64,000 bases of DNA from the human T2T-CHM13v2.0 reference genome, Homo sapiens: the NCBI RefSeq assembly GCF_009914755.1, contig NC_060937.1, one strand, 5' to 3'. Below are positions 14,725 through 28,282 of the stretch, piece by piece; the stretch's first letter is position 1; each line of letters opens with the position of its first letter. Below the pieces are notes generated by a model. The model did not search any database. It worked only from the letters and a program-made list of their open reading frames with translations, and had not been told where the DNA came from. Made by a program: the position numbers and the translations under genes.

Positions 14725-14950
14725 ATAATAATTGCTAACATTCACTGTAGACTTATGGATCAATCACTGTCTTAAGTTCATTACATATATTATCCCATTG
14801 GATCTTCTCATCCTACAAGATTGAGATTAATTTCATTTTACAGATAAGGAAACCAAAGAACAGAGAAGTTAAGTGACTTGCCCAAGATTACACATTAGTT
14901 AGTGGCAGTGCCAGAATTTGAACATAGATTCCAGAGCCCACACTGATAGT
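14725..14950 (-). mobile_element. MIR
   Basis: 'cattttacagataaggaaacc...agaagttaagtgacttgcccaagattacac'. Confidence 0.9.
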
Positions 14951-15574
14951 CTAGTTACACATAATATCATACTTCCTCTATGCGAGAAAAAAAAAATTAG
15001 AGAAAGACATGGAAGAGCAAGAATTGATTCATTCAATACCTACTTAGAACCTCAGTGGTAGACCACAATGAGACAGATACAGAACCTAGTAAAAGTGTAG
15101 CAGCACACTTTTTTATGTAATTGTCTTTGGTAGTCATTCCTCTGACTATGCTCCTGGCATAAAGCTCTATCAGCATAGCCATGGCAGGAGCAGGGAGTTT
15201 ATGGCCAGAAGCTTTATTGCCCAGTGTGAGTAATGGTGGTTCATGGCCAGCATCATTTCTGGGTTGAAGTACTCCGTGGTGCACAGATACAAGCAGCAGC
15301 TGCATCATTTTCCCCTTGATCTAGAAATTGCTAGGTGGCAGAATTCCACATACTAGATTGTCATATAACCTATCCACACAAACTTTAAATATCAACTTAC
15401 GTCCCCAGAAATCTGAAAGATTTAATGTTGTTTCCAAAGGTATTTACAGTACATCAAAGACTTTTGATGACAGTTCATCCAAAATAAAAAAAAAAATAGG
15501 AGAAAAAAAGCAGCAGCCTGACACCTATGATATATCTGCCATGTCTTTAATACATTGTTATGCAATTATTTATT

Positions 15575-16185
15575 GTTTTACATAAGTAATTCATGCTTGT
15601 TTTAGATGTAACATTTTAAAGTTACCTAAAATACAACCAACCAGAGATGATCATTACAAATACTTTGTTGTTTAGCCTTCCAAAATGTTGTCCTAGTCAT
15701 TAAATTTTAGTAAAAATAGAAATATATTTATCATATTGTACAGTCTACTGTGTAACTGCCTTTCTCATTTATCAATATTAATATCTTTTCATGTCCCATA
15801 TAGAATTATATTTTTTCATGACTACATGTTTTTATTTTATTTAATGAATGTCAATTATTTATCAGTCCCCTACTATTGGGAATCTAGGTTATTTTCCTTA
15901 TTTATTTACAGGCATGTCATACATCAGCATATTAACCTGTATTTTTTACACTGAAATATTTCTATGCAGTTTTTAGTTGGCCTTTTAACATTGTGGCTTT
16001 GCATTCAGAAGTTTGTTTTTAATTTTCATACCGTAGAATTGCATGAACATTTCAAATGTGAATTCTGCCTTTGGGGCCATGCTGAGGAAGCTTTTCAAAA
16101 ATACCCTTCACCCCAGAATTATAGAAATATTTGTGGGCATTTTCCTCCAAAATTTTTATGGCTTTATTTTTTTTCACTTAACATC
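15575..16185 (-). mobile_element. Degenerate L1ME fragments
   Basis: T-rich antisense L1 3' end and ORF2 pieces. Confidence 0.55.
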
Positions 16186-17679
16186 TTTGTGAAAGAGGAG
16201 ACTAATATGATCTTGGCAAATCACATATCAAAAACTGCCAGATAGCTTGTTTTCTAAAAGAATACTCAGATGAGTGTGCTTTGCAGAAGAAAACGGCCTT
16301 TGTACACTAAAAAATTTCAAAGTAGACCACAATGGAGTTTCCTGTGTAAGATGAAGCGTTTGGATTACATTTCTCTAGAGGTTGATGAAGCTGTACTACG
16401 TATAGATGTGGAAATATTATCTCTGATGTTGAAGTCCAGGCTGGACTACCTGAGACCAGCAGAGCACATTCATTCCCTGTTCCAGTTCTAAGGACTGGCT
16501 TCAAGTTATCCATTCTCTTTCCTGTGCCCAGGGTGTCTCAGACAACACTGCATCTTCCCATTAGCTTATTCTAATTCTGAATTGACCATCTCCATAGTTT
16601 CATGTGTTTCTTCAGAGGATGTAAAGGATATTTTTACATCGGAGAGTATACTGGTCAATAAGAGAAAATAAATGTCATGGCTGCTACTCTTAATAATAGT
16701 ACTACATTTTCCAAACCATGTAATCTGACTACAGAGATCTTTTAAAGTAGCAGCTAAGAAATCTGACATGTAAGGTGCAAATTGCAAAGCCTTGACATGA
16801 TTCTACATGCCTTTTCTTTAGCTGATTTCGTTTCTAAAGCTATTTTTGAGGGCCTACAATACCTCCATGATGAAACATTAATAACTTTAAAATCTATGCA
16901 TTATTCCATGCCCACATTTAAGATATCAGTGATATCACCAACTTCCCAGTTTAAGCTGTTTTTCCCCTTAGAAGAATCTGTTAATTACAGTAGTTAACAA
17001 CTACTCAGTTAGCAAAGAGGCCTAAGACAAGGCAAGGGACAAGTTAATGGTGTAACAAATCAGTTGTTAAGCTAAATGGTCAGTTTGCACAGCACAGTAT
17101 TATTGCTTTATTGAACCCAACTCAAAGATTTACAGCAGTTACATCTTATTCCAGGTACAAGATGCACAAATGAAATACAGAGGGATGCAGTTTTGTTTTA
17201 TACTGCTTTCATTAAGAACCCAATTGCACGGCAAAATCAGTTAGTATATATCTCGTTCCATGTGACAGCCAATTTTCCACGGAGATTGGAAACTCTTGGA
17301 GCCTTCTAATCCTTGATCTCACTTCGGGAATACAAGAGCTGGGAGTTATAGCATGTTTTTAAATTGTTTAAAGTAAAGCTTTGCTGTTAACAAGCACTCA
17401 TCCCTGGCTCCTGGACAATGGAACTTCTGTGGATGGATGGTGCATTGCCTTGACTCCAGATCTGCTTTGATGATGAAATACATCTGAGACATACTTATTG
17501 GTCCAACATAGTAAGTTATTTTTTCCCAAGGAATTTCTTTTCAGAAAACAACATGTAGTGCTATAAATATATTTGTCACCAAAATAACCTGTGACATTAT
17601 TTATTTGACCACCTAAGTAGCAAAGTTGATTTCATCATGATTCATTTAATCTTTTTTTTTTTTTTTTTTTGGTCATATT

Positions 17680-17845
17680 TGTACCACACGTCAAGCACTT
17701 TCTAACTTTCATCTAAGGATGCAGTAGGTAACAGTCCTCATGGGGTTTACATTCTTGTGGAAAAGATAGATTTTAAAAACAAATAAATGCATGATATGGG
17801 ATAATTTTGCAGGTAATAAGTGCTATAAAGAAATAAAATATATTG
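17680..17845 (-). mobile_element. L2 fragment
   Basis: 'gtcctcatggggtttacattcttgtgg...gtaataagtgctataaagaaataaa'. Confidence 0.65.
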
Positions 17846-19097
17846 AAGAGAATGGTTAGGTGGAAATCGATTGCTAATGTAAGTAGCAGAAACTTTATTA
17901 TTTGGAGGACTGTAGAAAATTAATCAATCAAGGGCCCCATAAGTAGAAAGAAAGATAAATAAGTATTTCACTGAAAACATGTACCTCTTTCACGTACTTT
18001 CAAATCCTGTCCACTGCTTTTGAGTTTCTCTTAGAAAACCTTTCAGTTCAGAACAGAAGAATATAGCAACGATTGAAGTTTAGAGTTTAGGGATAGTGTG
18101 TGCTCAAGATACCTGTTCAGTACCCAGCACTGTGTACAAAATATTTTTTATGGTGGTAACAACGATGAGAAAGGTCAGAATAGCTAGGGCTTGGAAATAA
18201 TTGCTTGGTTCAGATCTATAAAAGCTATTAAATCAATCCTACAGAGGATAACACATTTTGTTATGCTATAAGAGGATAAATGTAGAAGTTTGCCAGCTTA
18301 CAGACTAATTCTGGACCTCAACTTAGTATCACTTAATATACTTATGTTCTACAATTGCAAAACCATAAACTGACTTTCAATTTCTTTAGTAGGACTAAAA
18401 TACCACAAGATAAACTGTTAGATGTTGTGTGCAAGTATATGTGTGACTGTGTGTAAGTGTTTGTGTGTGTGTAATGTATTCTGACAATCCTACATTTCCA
18501 GACTGGTTACTTATAAGACAACAACAAAGAAGAAAATATGTTCAGAAAGTCTGTGTTAAAAAATACACATACTATTTGAAACATTTTAAAAATGAGTTCT
18601 TTCAGTATTGAACTATTTCATTTTCACATCATGGTTGGCAAGGTAAACGCTTGCTTTGACAACATGAAGACTATTTATATAAGACTTGTGAGATCATGTG
18701 TAGCTCAGATCATATGGTATATTTGCATAAATGTAAATGACAGCCTTTAAGAATCCTTTTGTCTCTTGCTCCAGTGGTACTTTTCCCAAATGCAGGCTGA
18801 TAATGTTTCTACACTAATTAATCTATTTATAAAATCAGGCACAACAAAAAAAACCCATTGTCCTTGCCCTCATGGAACTCACTGAAACTTAAATGAGAAC
18901 TTCCAGCCATAATCTTCCTGGCCTTGGCAGAGCAAAGGAGGTGTACCTGTGAGGGTACCAACAGGACACGAGTGCCGTGATCTAAAAGGTAACTCAACAG
19001 AGTGTGATGAATGGGACATCTCACAAAGGTGGGAGCAGATTAAGGGAGACCAATTGAGGGGCCAAGAAGCAATCTGGATTTCACAGCAGTGGAACAA

Positions 19098-19611
19098 TTT
19101 ACACTAGGCTTGCTAAAAAAAAATCTGACCACAAACTCGGTGGCTTAAAACAACAGAAAGTTTTTCTCTTATTTTCTGAATACCAGAAGTCTAAAGTGAT
19201 GCTTACAAAGCTAAAATCAAGTTGTTGGCAGGGCTGCTTTCCCTACAAAGGCTCTAGAGATAATCCATTTCCTTGGCTTTTCCAGCATCTAGAACTGGAA
19301 TTCCTAGGCTCAGGTCTCTCCCTCTATCTTCAAAGCTAGCAGTGTACAACTTCTCTCTCTGACCCTGCTCCTTTCACATGGCTTTTTTCTCTTCCTTGTG
19401 TAGTCAAATGCCCCACTATCTCTCTCTTTTACAGATAAGATTCTTGTAATCACATTCAGGACTCAGCTAAATAATCCAAAGTAAACTGTCCATCTCAGGA
19501 CCCTTAACTTAATCACATCTGCAAAGACCTTTTTTCCATATAAGATAATATTGATGGGTTTCAGGAATTAGGATATAGACATCATTGGGGGCCATTATTC
19601 AGCCTATGACA
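19098..19611 (-). mobile_element. MLT1C/D solo LTR (ERVL-MaLR)
   Basis: 'ccacaaactcggtggcttaaaacaacag...cttaacttaatcacatctgcaaagacc...gggccattattcagcctatgaca'. Confidence 0.85.
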
Positions 19612-19912
19612 AGGAGGGAGCTAGAACTCTTGCTGGAGCCTGGGAGACCTGTAGCAGCAGCTGCTGTACAGGAGATGTGGTCTGTAGTAGTGGAATGCAG
19701 CTACCATCAAGAGATGCCCAAACAAAAAGAGAGTCTGGGAAAGAAGTACCCAAACCTCACTCCAATTTCTGTCAATGCCTCCCATTGCCCAAACCCAAAG
19801 TGGGCAAGGATGACCAGACAATGACGTTCATAAATGTCAGCCTGCAAGAGCACAGAGGAGGACAGAGAAGGCTAAAGAGTGAATCTCAAGAATCAATGGA
19901 GAATATCCAGCA
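19612..19912 (-). mobile_element. LTR33-like (ERVL) fragment
   Basis: 'cctcccattgcccaaaccc...gtcagcctgcaagagcacagag...gagtgaatct...ggagaatatccagca'. Confidence 0.65.
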
Positions 19913-20209
19913 AAGATGTGTACCAGGGGAAGCTGACAATAGTTCTGAGGCTATTTGCAGGAATGAGAACTCCAGCAAGAGGCCAGGGAGATGTAGACCA
20001 GATTACAATCTCTATAAAGTCCCAACCAAACAGCCTGAATTCAGGGAAGTGAGGTTCCCATTCAGATCCCATTATAAGGACCCATCCTGGAGACTAAGAA
20101 ATTATTTCAGAGGTAAGGAAATAATTCACTGCATACCCAAGGGAACTCAACAAGGATTAAATTTTGTAGGGCTCATCCCAAGGTTTTGGAAACTTAGGTT
20201 TTACAACTA

Positions 20210-20422
20210 TGCAATGTGCTTAGGACTTGATATGTTTTGGATTTTAATTTTTTTTTTTTTTTTGGATTTGGGAAAGTTTGCCAATACTTATCAATTGGGC
20301 ACCCCTAATCCAAAATCTGAAATCCTCCAATGAGCATTTCCTGTGAGTGTCACATTGCTGCTCAAAGCATTTTGAATTTTGGACCATTTGGGATTTTGGA
20401 TTTTTGGATTATACTCAACCTG
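20210..20422 (-). mobile_element. Tigger4a (Zombi/MER46A)-like DNA transposon
   Basis: 'ccctaatccaaaatctgaaatcctccaatgagcatttcc...ttggatt...actcaacctg' followed by TA. Confidence 0.8.
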
Positions 20423-21136
20423 TAGTTGTTTTCAGTTCACAAAGGAAAGAATGTTTTTGTGTTAATTTGGTGGGAAGGACTCAGTCCCTGTCTCCTTGGT
20501 TTGTATTAATATTGTCATAAAAGGCAAAATAGCACTGACAGTTTTTTCTTTTCTGTGGAGATATGTAAGCTGAAATTGAGGAGAATGGACCTAAGGAAAG
20601 CAAAGCTTGATTCCACTGACTTTAAGCCAAGGAATCAACTTGCCTACATCAAGAGCTGAATTAGTGTCATCTCCTCTGTGGAGAATTCAATCTGTGCTCC
20701 CAAAAGCTGTAAAACTCAAGATTATTGACTTTGGTGGTTTGTTTTTCACTGACCGCAATATAAAGACCTGGACTAAGAGTATCAATCCCTTGAGCAAAGC
20801 CCAAGGAATAAAAATGCTATGATAAAATGCACATAATATATTATTAATATTTAGCAGAATATCACAAAAATTTATTACAGATAATAGGAATTTCAGAGAC
20901 TGCCTTACCTCAACTCTGAGTGGAGAATTACAATTTAAAATTCTACCAGAACAAAATGGATATAACATTTGCCCATTATGTAATAAAGAATGTGCTCTTT
21001 ATTCAGTAGAGTTTCAAATGATCTTTATCTTGATTTTTATGTTTTCCAAGTTGATTCATAGTTTAAATTCTTACACAGAGAATCATAACCACAGTGGGGC
21101 CCTTCTGACCAGAGCCTAGATAAAAAGAAACATCAC

Positions 21137-21758
21137 TGTTATAGGACCAATAGATTCATATGCCTGCTGTGCAGTAACAGATCAATTACACTGAGACAGC
21201 AGGAACGCAGCAGAGAAAGAGTTTAATGATTGCGGGGTGCCAAGCAAGAAGATGTGAAAAGACCTTCAAATCCATCTTCCTGAGAAGTTCTGGGCTGGGG
21301 TTTTTTTAAGGATCATGGAGAGCGAGGAGCTGGAGAATTGAGGTTGTTGATTGGTTGGGGTAAGGGGGATGAAATCATCAGGACGTGGAAACTGCATTCT
21401 TTGATGAGTCAGCTTCTTGTGGAGTTCCTCAGACAGCTGGCATCAATGGAATCCCTCAGACCAGCTGACGTCAGTCGTTTCACTGGTATGCAGGATATAA
21501 AATAATATCCCAAAGGAAAAATTCACCATTTCATAATGTTCAAATTGTTATCTATAGAGTAGTCAAAGGAAACTATAATCTTGTAACATGGTCTACATTA
21601 TTCTACAACAATAGGCACCACACAACTATGAGGAAGAAAGTCAGAGAGCACACTGATTTCATGATTAATGTCAATCATGCTGCAAGCTTGGTTTATTTTC
21701 ATTTCTCCCCCTCACTTCTTCTCTGATTAATTTTATAAAGTGTATAGGGGCAGTTTCA
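21137..21758 (-). mobile_element. ERV1 solo LTR (LTR26-like)
   Basis: TG...CA ends; minus strand starts TGAAACTGCCCCTATACACTTTATAAAATTAATCAG; imperfect 4-bp TSD tcac/ccac. Confidence 0.75.
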
Positions 21759-24437
21759 CCACTGCCACTGCCAGAGCCCCAGGAGAACGCAAGGCATTGA
21801 ACTGGGCATTCAACTGTCCACACAAAGCTCCTCCTCTCTTTCTCCAGGTATTTCTTATATTGCCTGCCACCCTCTTGTTCAGATGAGAGGACCTAGAACC
21901 TGATTACCAATGGCTCAAGATCTTAGAGCAGATGAAGAACCACTAAAGATTTGAAATAAAAAATGAGGAAGCTGAGGTGGAAAATATGACACTACAGACT
22001 TCTGGTGAGCCTGAAGCCTCACCAAGTGCAGATAGAACTACCCTATTTATAAAAGGAGATGAATCAAGCAGCAATGCGAGGTTTCTAATAGACTTTACAA
22101 ACAAGAGTACAGAAGATTTTGTTAAATCCCTAGATGTCTCACTCCATCACCCTCAGAATTTCCAGTTTTATATCCAGAGTAACATAGCCCTTGTTCTAAA
22201 AACTGTAGTGCCAACCCAGAGCCAGGCAACCCTGGAGCCCTTTTTATTTCTCCCTGAGACCCACGGGTGAATGACCCTTTAAGCATGAATCTGAATTCAA
22301 AGATTTCAATGGCAATGTATTCAATATGCTATCTTTGATCAGATATTTACAACTGATGAGAGAAAAAAATGATCTTTATGTACATATTTCTTGCTAGTCT
22401 TGGGATACTGGCTGTCACTGGATTTCATCTGATCTTAGAATCTAGAAAACAAAAGAGACCCATACAGAAAATAGAAATGGATGCATCAAACCAGAATGAT
22501 GCTAACATGAGTTGATTCCTCACAAAACTTTGAATCAGATTGATAACATTTTACTCATAAGTTTTTCCAGAAAAGAGGCACAGAAGAGATCAATGGCATC
22601 TGGTAGGCAAATGCTTCTTTGGACAATTCGACCTTGATTTAACTGCCCCCCAAATTTTTGTTTTTAGAGAAATTAGCACAGAGCGGCCATATCACCATAA
22701 AAGACTGCAATTGATGTGTGTTCTGAGAAACCAGAGTCAATGGAAACAATATTGCTAAAAATGCGTCCCATTCATGTCTCTATAGTCACAAATTTACCTT
22801 TCTAAAACTATTATAATTGACATGTGTGTATGTGTAATGTACATAAGCAGTTGGTCTCATCAAAATCATTGTTGTTCCAATGATTCTGATACAACTTGAA
22901 GTATGTCTTAGGGATACTAAATACAGTGCCTGGTGTCTCGTCCTTACTGACAATTTCTGGTATTGTCTCTCCCAAAATACACTATATATTTGCCCAACAT
23001 GATGGTAGATTTCATGCCTAGAACTGCATGAAAGATAACAATTTACCTCTTCCTATGAATAGCTTCAAATCCATGTAAAGGGCACAGATTAGCCTTTTGT
23101 GTAGAGTGGTAGTTGTTGTTTTACAACTAGTATTCCAAAGGCACAAGCATGGATGGCTGATTTTTAGCAACAGAAATTGTTATTGTCTTTTTCTTTTGCT
23201 CTTGATTCCCATTGAAAGATCTTCCCAAGGGTTCAAGAAATTTTGGGACCTTTCTAGCAAAAAAATTCTGAAGAATAAACATTTCTTTTGACTTTACTAC
23301 ATAAATCTGGTATTTATTTTGTGAAAAAAAAAAAGAAAAGAATGCCAAAAGAAACACACTGGAGACCAATTTGGGGTTAAGTGGAAAACATTGACTTAAG
23401 TAAGAATAATTTATAAAATGTTCACAATTAAATAAACACCAATTAATAGACATATTTAAGTTTCAGAAAATATATGTTAGGTTTCATAAAATTTTAAATA
23501 CATAAATTATATATTATAGCACTTATTATATAAAAAATAATCAGGTGATTTCCCTTTGGGAAAAAAATGCCTCAGGGACACACACCTAAATCAAAAGCTA
23601 TCCTTTCCCTTACCCACCTCCCACAAGTAGGACACCGGAGCCCTGACAGACAGCAAGTGCCTCCACAAGAAGTCATCTTGAAGACTTTTGGCCCTGGCAA
23701 TCTGAGTTCATGTACTTAACTCCATTCCTGCCACATATTCCCACTCAAACAGCTAAAAATAATACAGAAATAAGCAATCATCACTGGAAGTTAAGCAAGA
23801 GTGCCATCCACATGCCAGCAGCTTTAAGGAATTTTCATAAAGAATAACACAAATTAAACTATACTGCAGCAAAGAACTACCAAACAACAACCACTAAAGA
23901 TGATGAAAAAGCCCTGTGCAGGGAGTAAAGGAAAAAATCTCCCAACATGACTTAATTAGCCTCCTTCACCACCCCCACAGATCAAAACAGAAACGGAAAA
24001 GTGTTATCAGCTTATAGAAGGCAGTTCTAATTGTCACAGTAAAGCCTCAGGAAGTGGCCAGTTTCCAGAATCCACACAGATTTAGCTGAAGCGTCCCTGA
24101 CTTTCACCTGGCATCAGCAAAATGGTAAATGGAGAAAGCAGGGAATGTTAACTGTTCCTAACATGGGTGCATTTAGAAGTGGTAGAAGTAAGGACTCTCA
24201 GCCAGTGAGAATCACAGAGGAGTTTTGCCATTGTGTTTCTGCCATCACAGACAATCTAATTGTTCTGCCTAAATACAAAGTGATTTCATATTTATCCTTA
24301 AAGTTCCAAAATGTCAATAGGTCTTATCTAACTGAAGGTCAGCTTTCATCATTTTGCTTTATACTTAAATCTTCAACATTGTAGATTGTTTTCAAATTTC
24401 TTTGACAATTTTTACTTCATTTTCCGTTTTCTCATAT

Positions 24438-25225
24438 TGTAACAGCCTAACACGTTCACCTTGCCCACAGCCCAAAAAAGCCACTGCACTGAGAATGGCA
24501 GGTACCGTAGCAGGGAAAGAGTTCAATGATCACAGGGCCAGCCAAGTGTGAGGACAGGAGATAATTCTCAAATCCACCTCCCCAACAGCTTGGAGGCTAG
24601 GGTTTTCAAAAATAATTTGGTGGATTGGGGGCTAGGGAATGGGTGCTGCTGATTGGTTGGGGATGAAATCATAGGAGTGTTGGAATTCTCTCTGTGCTGA
24701 GTCCGTTTCTGGGTGGAGGTCATAGAATCGACTAATTGAGTTACAGATCTGAATGGGTCCAGGTAGCATCAGTCAGTTCTCCAGAATGCAGAAGCCTGAC
24801 AAATATCTCAAAAACCAATCTTAGGTTTTACAATAATGATTTTTTCCATGGAAGCAACTGGGGAAGCTGCAAATTTTGTGGCCTGTGGCTACTTGACTCC
24901 TGAGCAATAAGCAAGCTAGGGAACAATGGCAGAATATCACTTAACTATGCATAGTTCTTAGCAGAATTGAGGCACCTCCCATAATTCTAACCTTGTGGCC
25001 TTTCATTAATTTTACAGAGATAGTTTGTGTCCCCAAACAAGGAGAAGGCTTTTTTTCAGGAAGGCACTATTATCATCCTTGCTTTAAAGTTAAACTATAA
25101 ACTAAATTCCTCCCATAGTTAGCTTGGCTGATGCCCAGGACAGTTAGCTTGTGTGTTTAGAAGCAAGATAAAATCAGCTTGTGTTAGATTTCTCCCTCTG
25201 TGGTAATATTGCAAAGGCAGTTTCA
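24438..25225 (-). mobile_element. LTR8-family solo LTR (ERV1)
   Basis: Minus strand starts TGAAACTGCCTTTGCAA; TG...CA ends; TSD atat/acat. Confidence 0.85.
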
Positions 25226-25734
25226 ACATTATATGCTTATTGGATCTCTTGTTATATACATATTAGATGTCTCTGTCTCTATGTCCATGTCTCTTTTCCT
25301 GAAATTCCATATACTATTCCTGTAGAATATGTAGAAAATTTTGAGTTTGGCTTAAAGCAATTTAGTTTTAATGGAATGCAATCTACAGTTCACTCTTGCC
25401 TTTTTAAATAGACAAACACACTAAGAAATCTTTCCTGTTCTTACATTACTCCCTTTCTACATCACCCCAGTTGTTTTAGGAAAGCAACATCCTCCTGAAT
25501 GTCACTGAAAAAAATAAAGTATTGTAAACGGTTTCCTAAACTTTTAAAAAATAAACAATCATTTATCTGAATTTTACCAGATAGACTCCCATGTTTTAAA
25601 TGATAAAATCTTCATTTTGCCTGTTGATTTTCTTCTGTTTGATCATTCTTACCAGCAGGAACCTATATGAAAACTGGAAATAAGATTTACTAACTTTTGC
25701 TTTCCATAATACAGATTCATTAGTCTGCTCTTTT

Positions 25735-26500
25735 TAAAGAACAGAATAAAAATAAGTAAACAAAATATTTACCTCAAAAACTTAGAAAAGAATAAACTTA
25801 AGAAAACTAGAATGTTATTAATAAAAATAAAAACTCAACTAAATTAATTAGAAAATAGGAATTCAGTAAAATCAATTAATCAAAGAGTATTACTTTGAAG
25901 CAAACACACAAAAATAGATACAACCTTGGTAAGGCTAACTGAGAAAAAGTGGGAAAACAAAATTATATAGCCAAAATTATATTTTATTTTTGTAATATGA
26001 TTATTTAACTTTTCTCAATATCTTTGAAAATAAAAAACCTTCTAGGAATACATAAAGCACCAAAACTGATTAATTGAACAGGTGGTAATTCAGAATAGTC
26101 TAGTAACTACAGAAGACATTTAAAGTGTTTTCAAAGAAATATAATCACCCCCACTTCTGTGCATCTAACCTGGATATTTTAATGGTTTAATGATTTCATC
26201 ATTCGTGTGGTATTTAAACTATTCTAAAGCATAGAAAAAAAAACAAAATAAGAAAGTTCATTCTAGTTATTTTTTAAATTTAACTAGCTAAATCTGCTAC
26301 CAAGTACAGGCTACCAAAATCCAACAAACCAACCATAAAACAGAGAAAACCTATTTATGGATACATATTAAATATTGCCAATAAAATATGAGCAAATAAA
26401 GTCAAGTAAGGTAGTTATATTGATGGATAGTTTTATTGTTAGGAGAAAAAGTATACATTCTTGTAAAAACCATACAACTCAGGAAAAAATCACTTGAATT
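25735..26500 (+). mobile_element. Degenerate L1M ORF2 fragment
   Basis: A-rich 'cctcaaaaacttagaaaag', 'aaatagatacaaccttggtaaggctaac' motifs. Confidence 0.6.
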
Positions 26501-26519
26501 TTTATTACTGTAATATAGC

Positions 26520-27045
26520 CACAACTAACATTTGGATAAACATCCTTCCATTTTCTCTCTAGATATAGCTGTATATATAGATAAACAACTTTGTATGAGG
26601 GGAATCATAATATACATACATAATATATGTAATCTGAGAGTTTTACTCAACAATATGTCATGGACATTCATCCATGTCAATAAATATAGATCTACACCAT
26701 TTGTAACAGTCACATATTATCCAATTGTATGTATGTATTATAATTTACTTAACCAGTTTAATGGATGTTTGGGTTGTTTCCAATTTGGTGCTATTATGAA
26801 TAGCTCTATGATACACTCCGTGGACATAAATCTCTTCCCCTTTTGTGATTATTTTCTAAAAGTAGTATTGCTGGATCATACAGCATACACATCTTATATT
26901 TCTCTATTACCAGATGGCCTTCCAGAAAAGTTATATCTATTTATAGTTCTATCAACTATGCTTGAGTATGCAATTGCCCCACACCCACATCAGCACAAAG
27001 TATTATCAATTATTTGCTGTTAGATAATCATTTGATGGGAGGGAA
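26520..27045 (-). mobile_element. L1ME 3' region
   Basis: 'ggatgtttgggttgtttccaatttggtgctattatgaat', 'attgctggatcata', 'gccccacacccacatcagcac'. Confidence 0.75.
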
Positions 27046-27084
27046 GGCTAGTTGTTCACTAAGTTTGTTTACTATTTTTTATGT

Positions 27085-27955
27085 TTATGTATTCAACAAA
27101 GAACACATCGAGTGTCTGTAGGTGCCAGTAGCTGAACTAGGCACTAAGAATTCAGTGATCAACAAGAGAGATGTGGTCGCTGTCCTCAAAAATATTTTTG
27201 AAGAGACTAGGGAAGTCACTAAATTAACACAAGAATAAATGAACAAAATAATTACATATTGAGACTAGTGATCTTCAGGAAATAAAGATGTTTTGAGAAT
27301 AACAAGAGGATAAACTACTTTGAGTAGAGAAGTTAGAAATTACATCTTTGAAGAAGCGACATTTAACCTGAGATAAGAAATATGGAGTAAAATGAGTTCC
27401 AAGCAGAGGGAATAGGAAGGAAAAGATTGTGAGGCAGGAAAGACCTTGGTGTGTTCAAGGAAAGAAAGGAGGCTAAAGTAGCCAGAGTATAGCAGATGAA
27501 CAGAGCTCTGAGAAGTAGGCAGGAATCAGATCTTACTTGGCCTTGAAGACCACAAGAAGAATTTTGAATTATCTTCTAAGTTCTGCACAAAGAAGCTGAA
27601 GGACTTTAAACATAATACAATTCGATTAACCCTCTAAAATCTCTGTCAACTCTGTGAGTATTTGATTGAGTAATTATTGGCTTAGAAAGCTGTGTCAGTA
27701 CTGATGCTACTCACTGAAATGAAAAATTCCTGCTGAGAATAGGTTTCAGGGTAGATGAATATTTTGGACATGCAAACGTATAGATATTTATGAAACATCT
27801 AAGTAGAGATTCAATATTAACAGCTGGATAATGTAAGTCTGAGGCTCAGGTAACACAATGGATATATATTTGAGAGTCCCCAGCACATAGATGGTATTTA
27901 AATCATGGGATTGGATAGAACCACATAGGGAAAGACTATACACTGGGAAGAGATT
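27085..27955 (-). mobile_element. L2
   Basis: 'attcaacaaagaacacatcgagtgtctgtaggtgccag...' and a long antisense L2 body. Confidence 0.8.
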
Positions 27956-28106
27956 TAAGGAATGTTTTTTAAATTAAACAAAAAAAGATGCCCATCAGAA
28001 TGTAAAGGAATGGTCAAACATTTAAAAACAGCTAATAGACTAAGAATTTTTTAATTAAAAGAACTAAAGGTATGTAATATATAATCAGCATTATGAGGGA
28101 TCAGTG

Positions 28107-28282
28107 CCCACTAGCAAATATCCAGGGCCACTTTCCACACTAAAAAAAGCACAAGTGATTGTGCTTTTTTAAAAAAGCAAAAGTGATTGTGCTTTTTTAA
28201 AAAAGCAAAAGTGATTTGCTGGTACCCAATAGCAAATATCCAGGGCCACTTTTCCATGCTAAAAAAGAGCACATGTGATTGC
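28107..28282. repeat. Complex local duplication with inverted and tandem sub-repeats
   Basis: About 55-bp unit at 28107 and 28225; exact 28-bp tandem at 28153-28208; internal palindromes. Confidence 0.9.

Noticed and set aside
19677-20333. Longest ORF (218 aa)
   Set aside because: GTG start; runs through an antisense LTR33-like fragment, a poly-T run and a Tigger4a element; no recognisable domain.
26532-27023. 163-aa ORF
   Set aside because: TTG start; antisense to an L1ME 3' region.
28107-28282. CRISPR-like repeat-spacer appearance
   Set aside because: Only two units, no unique spacers, no cas genes, mammalian context.
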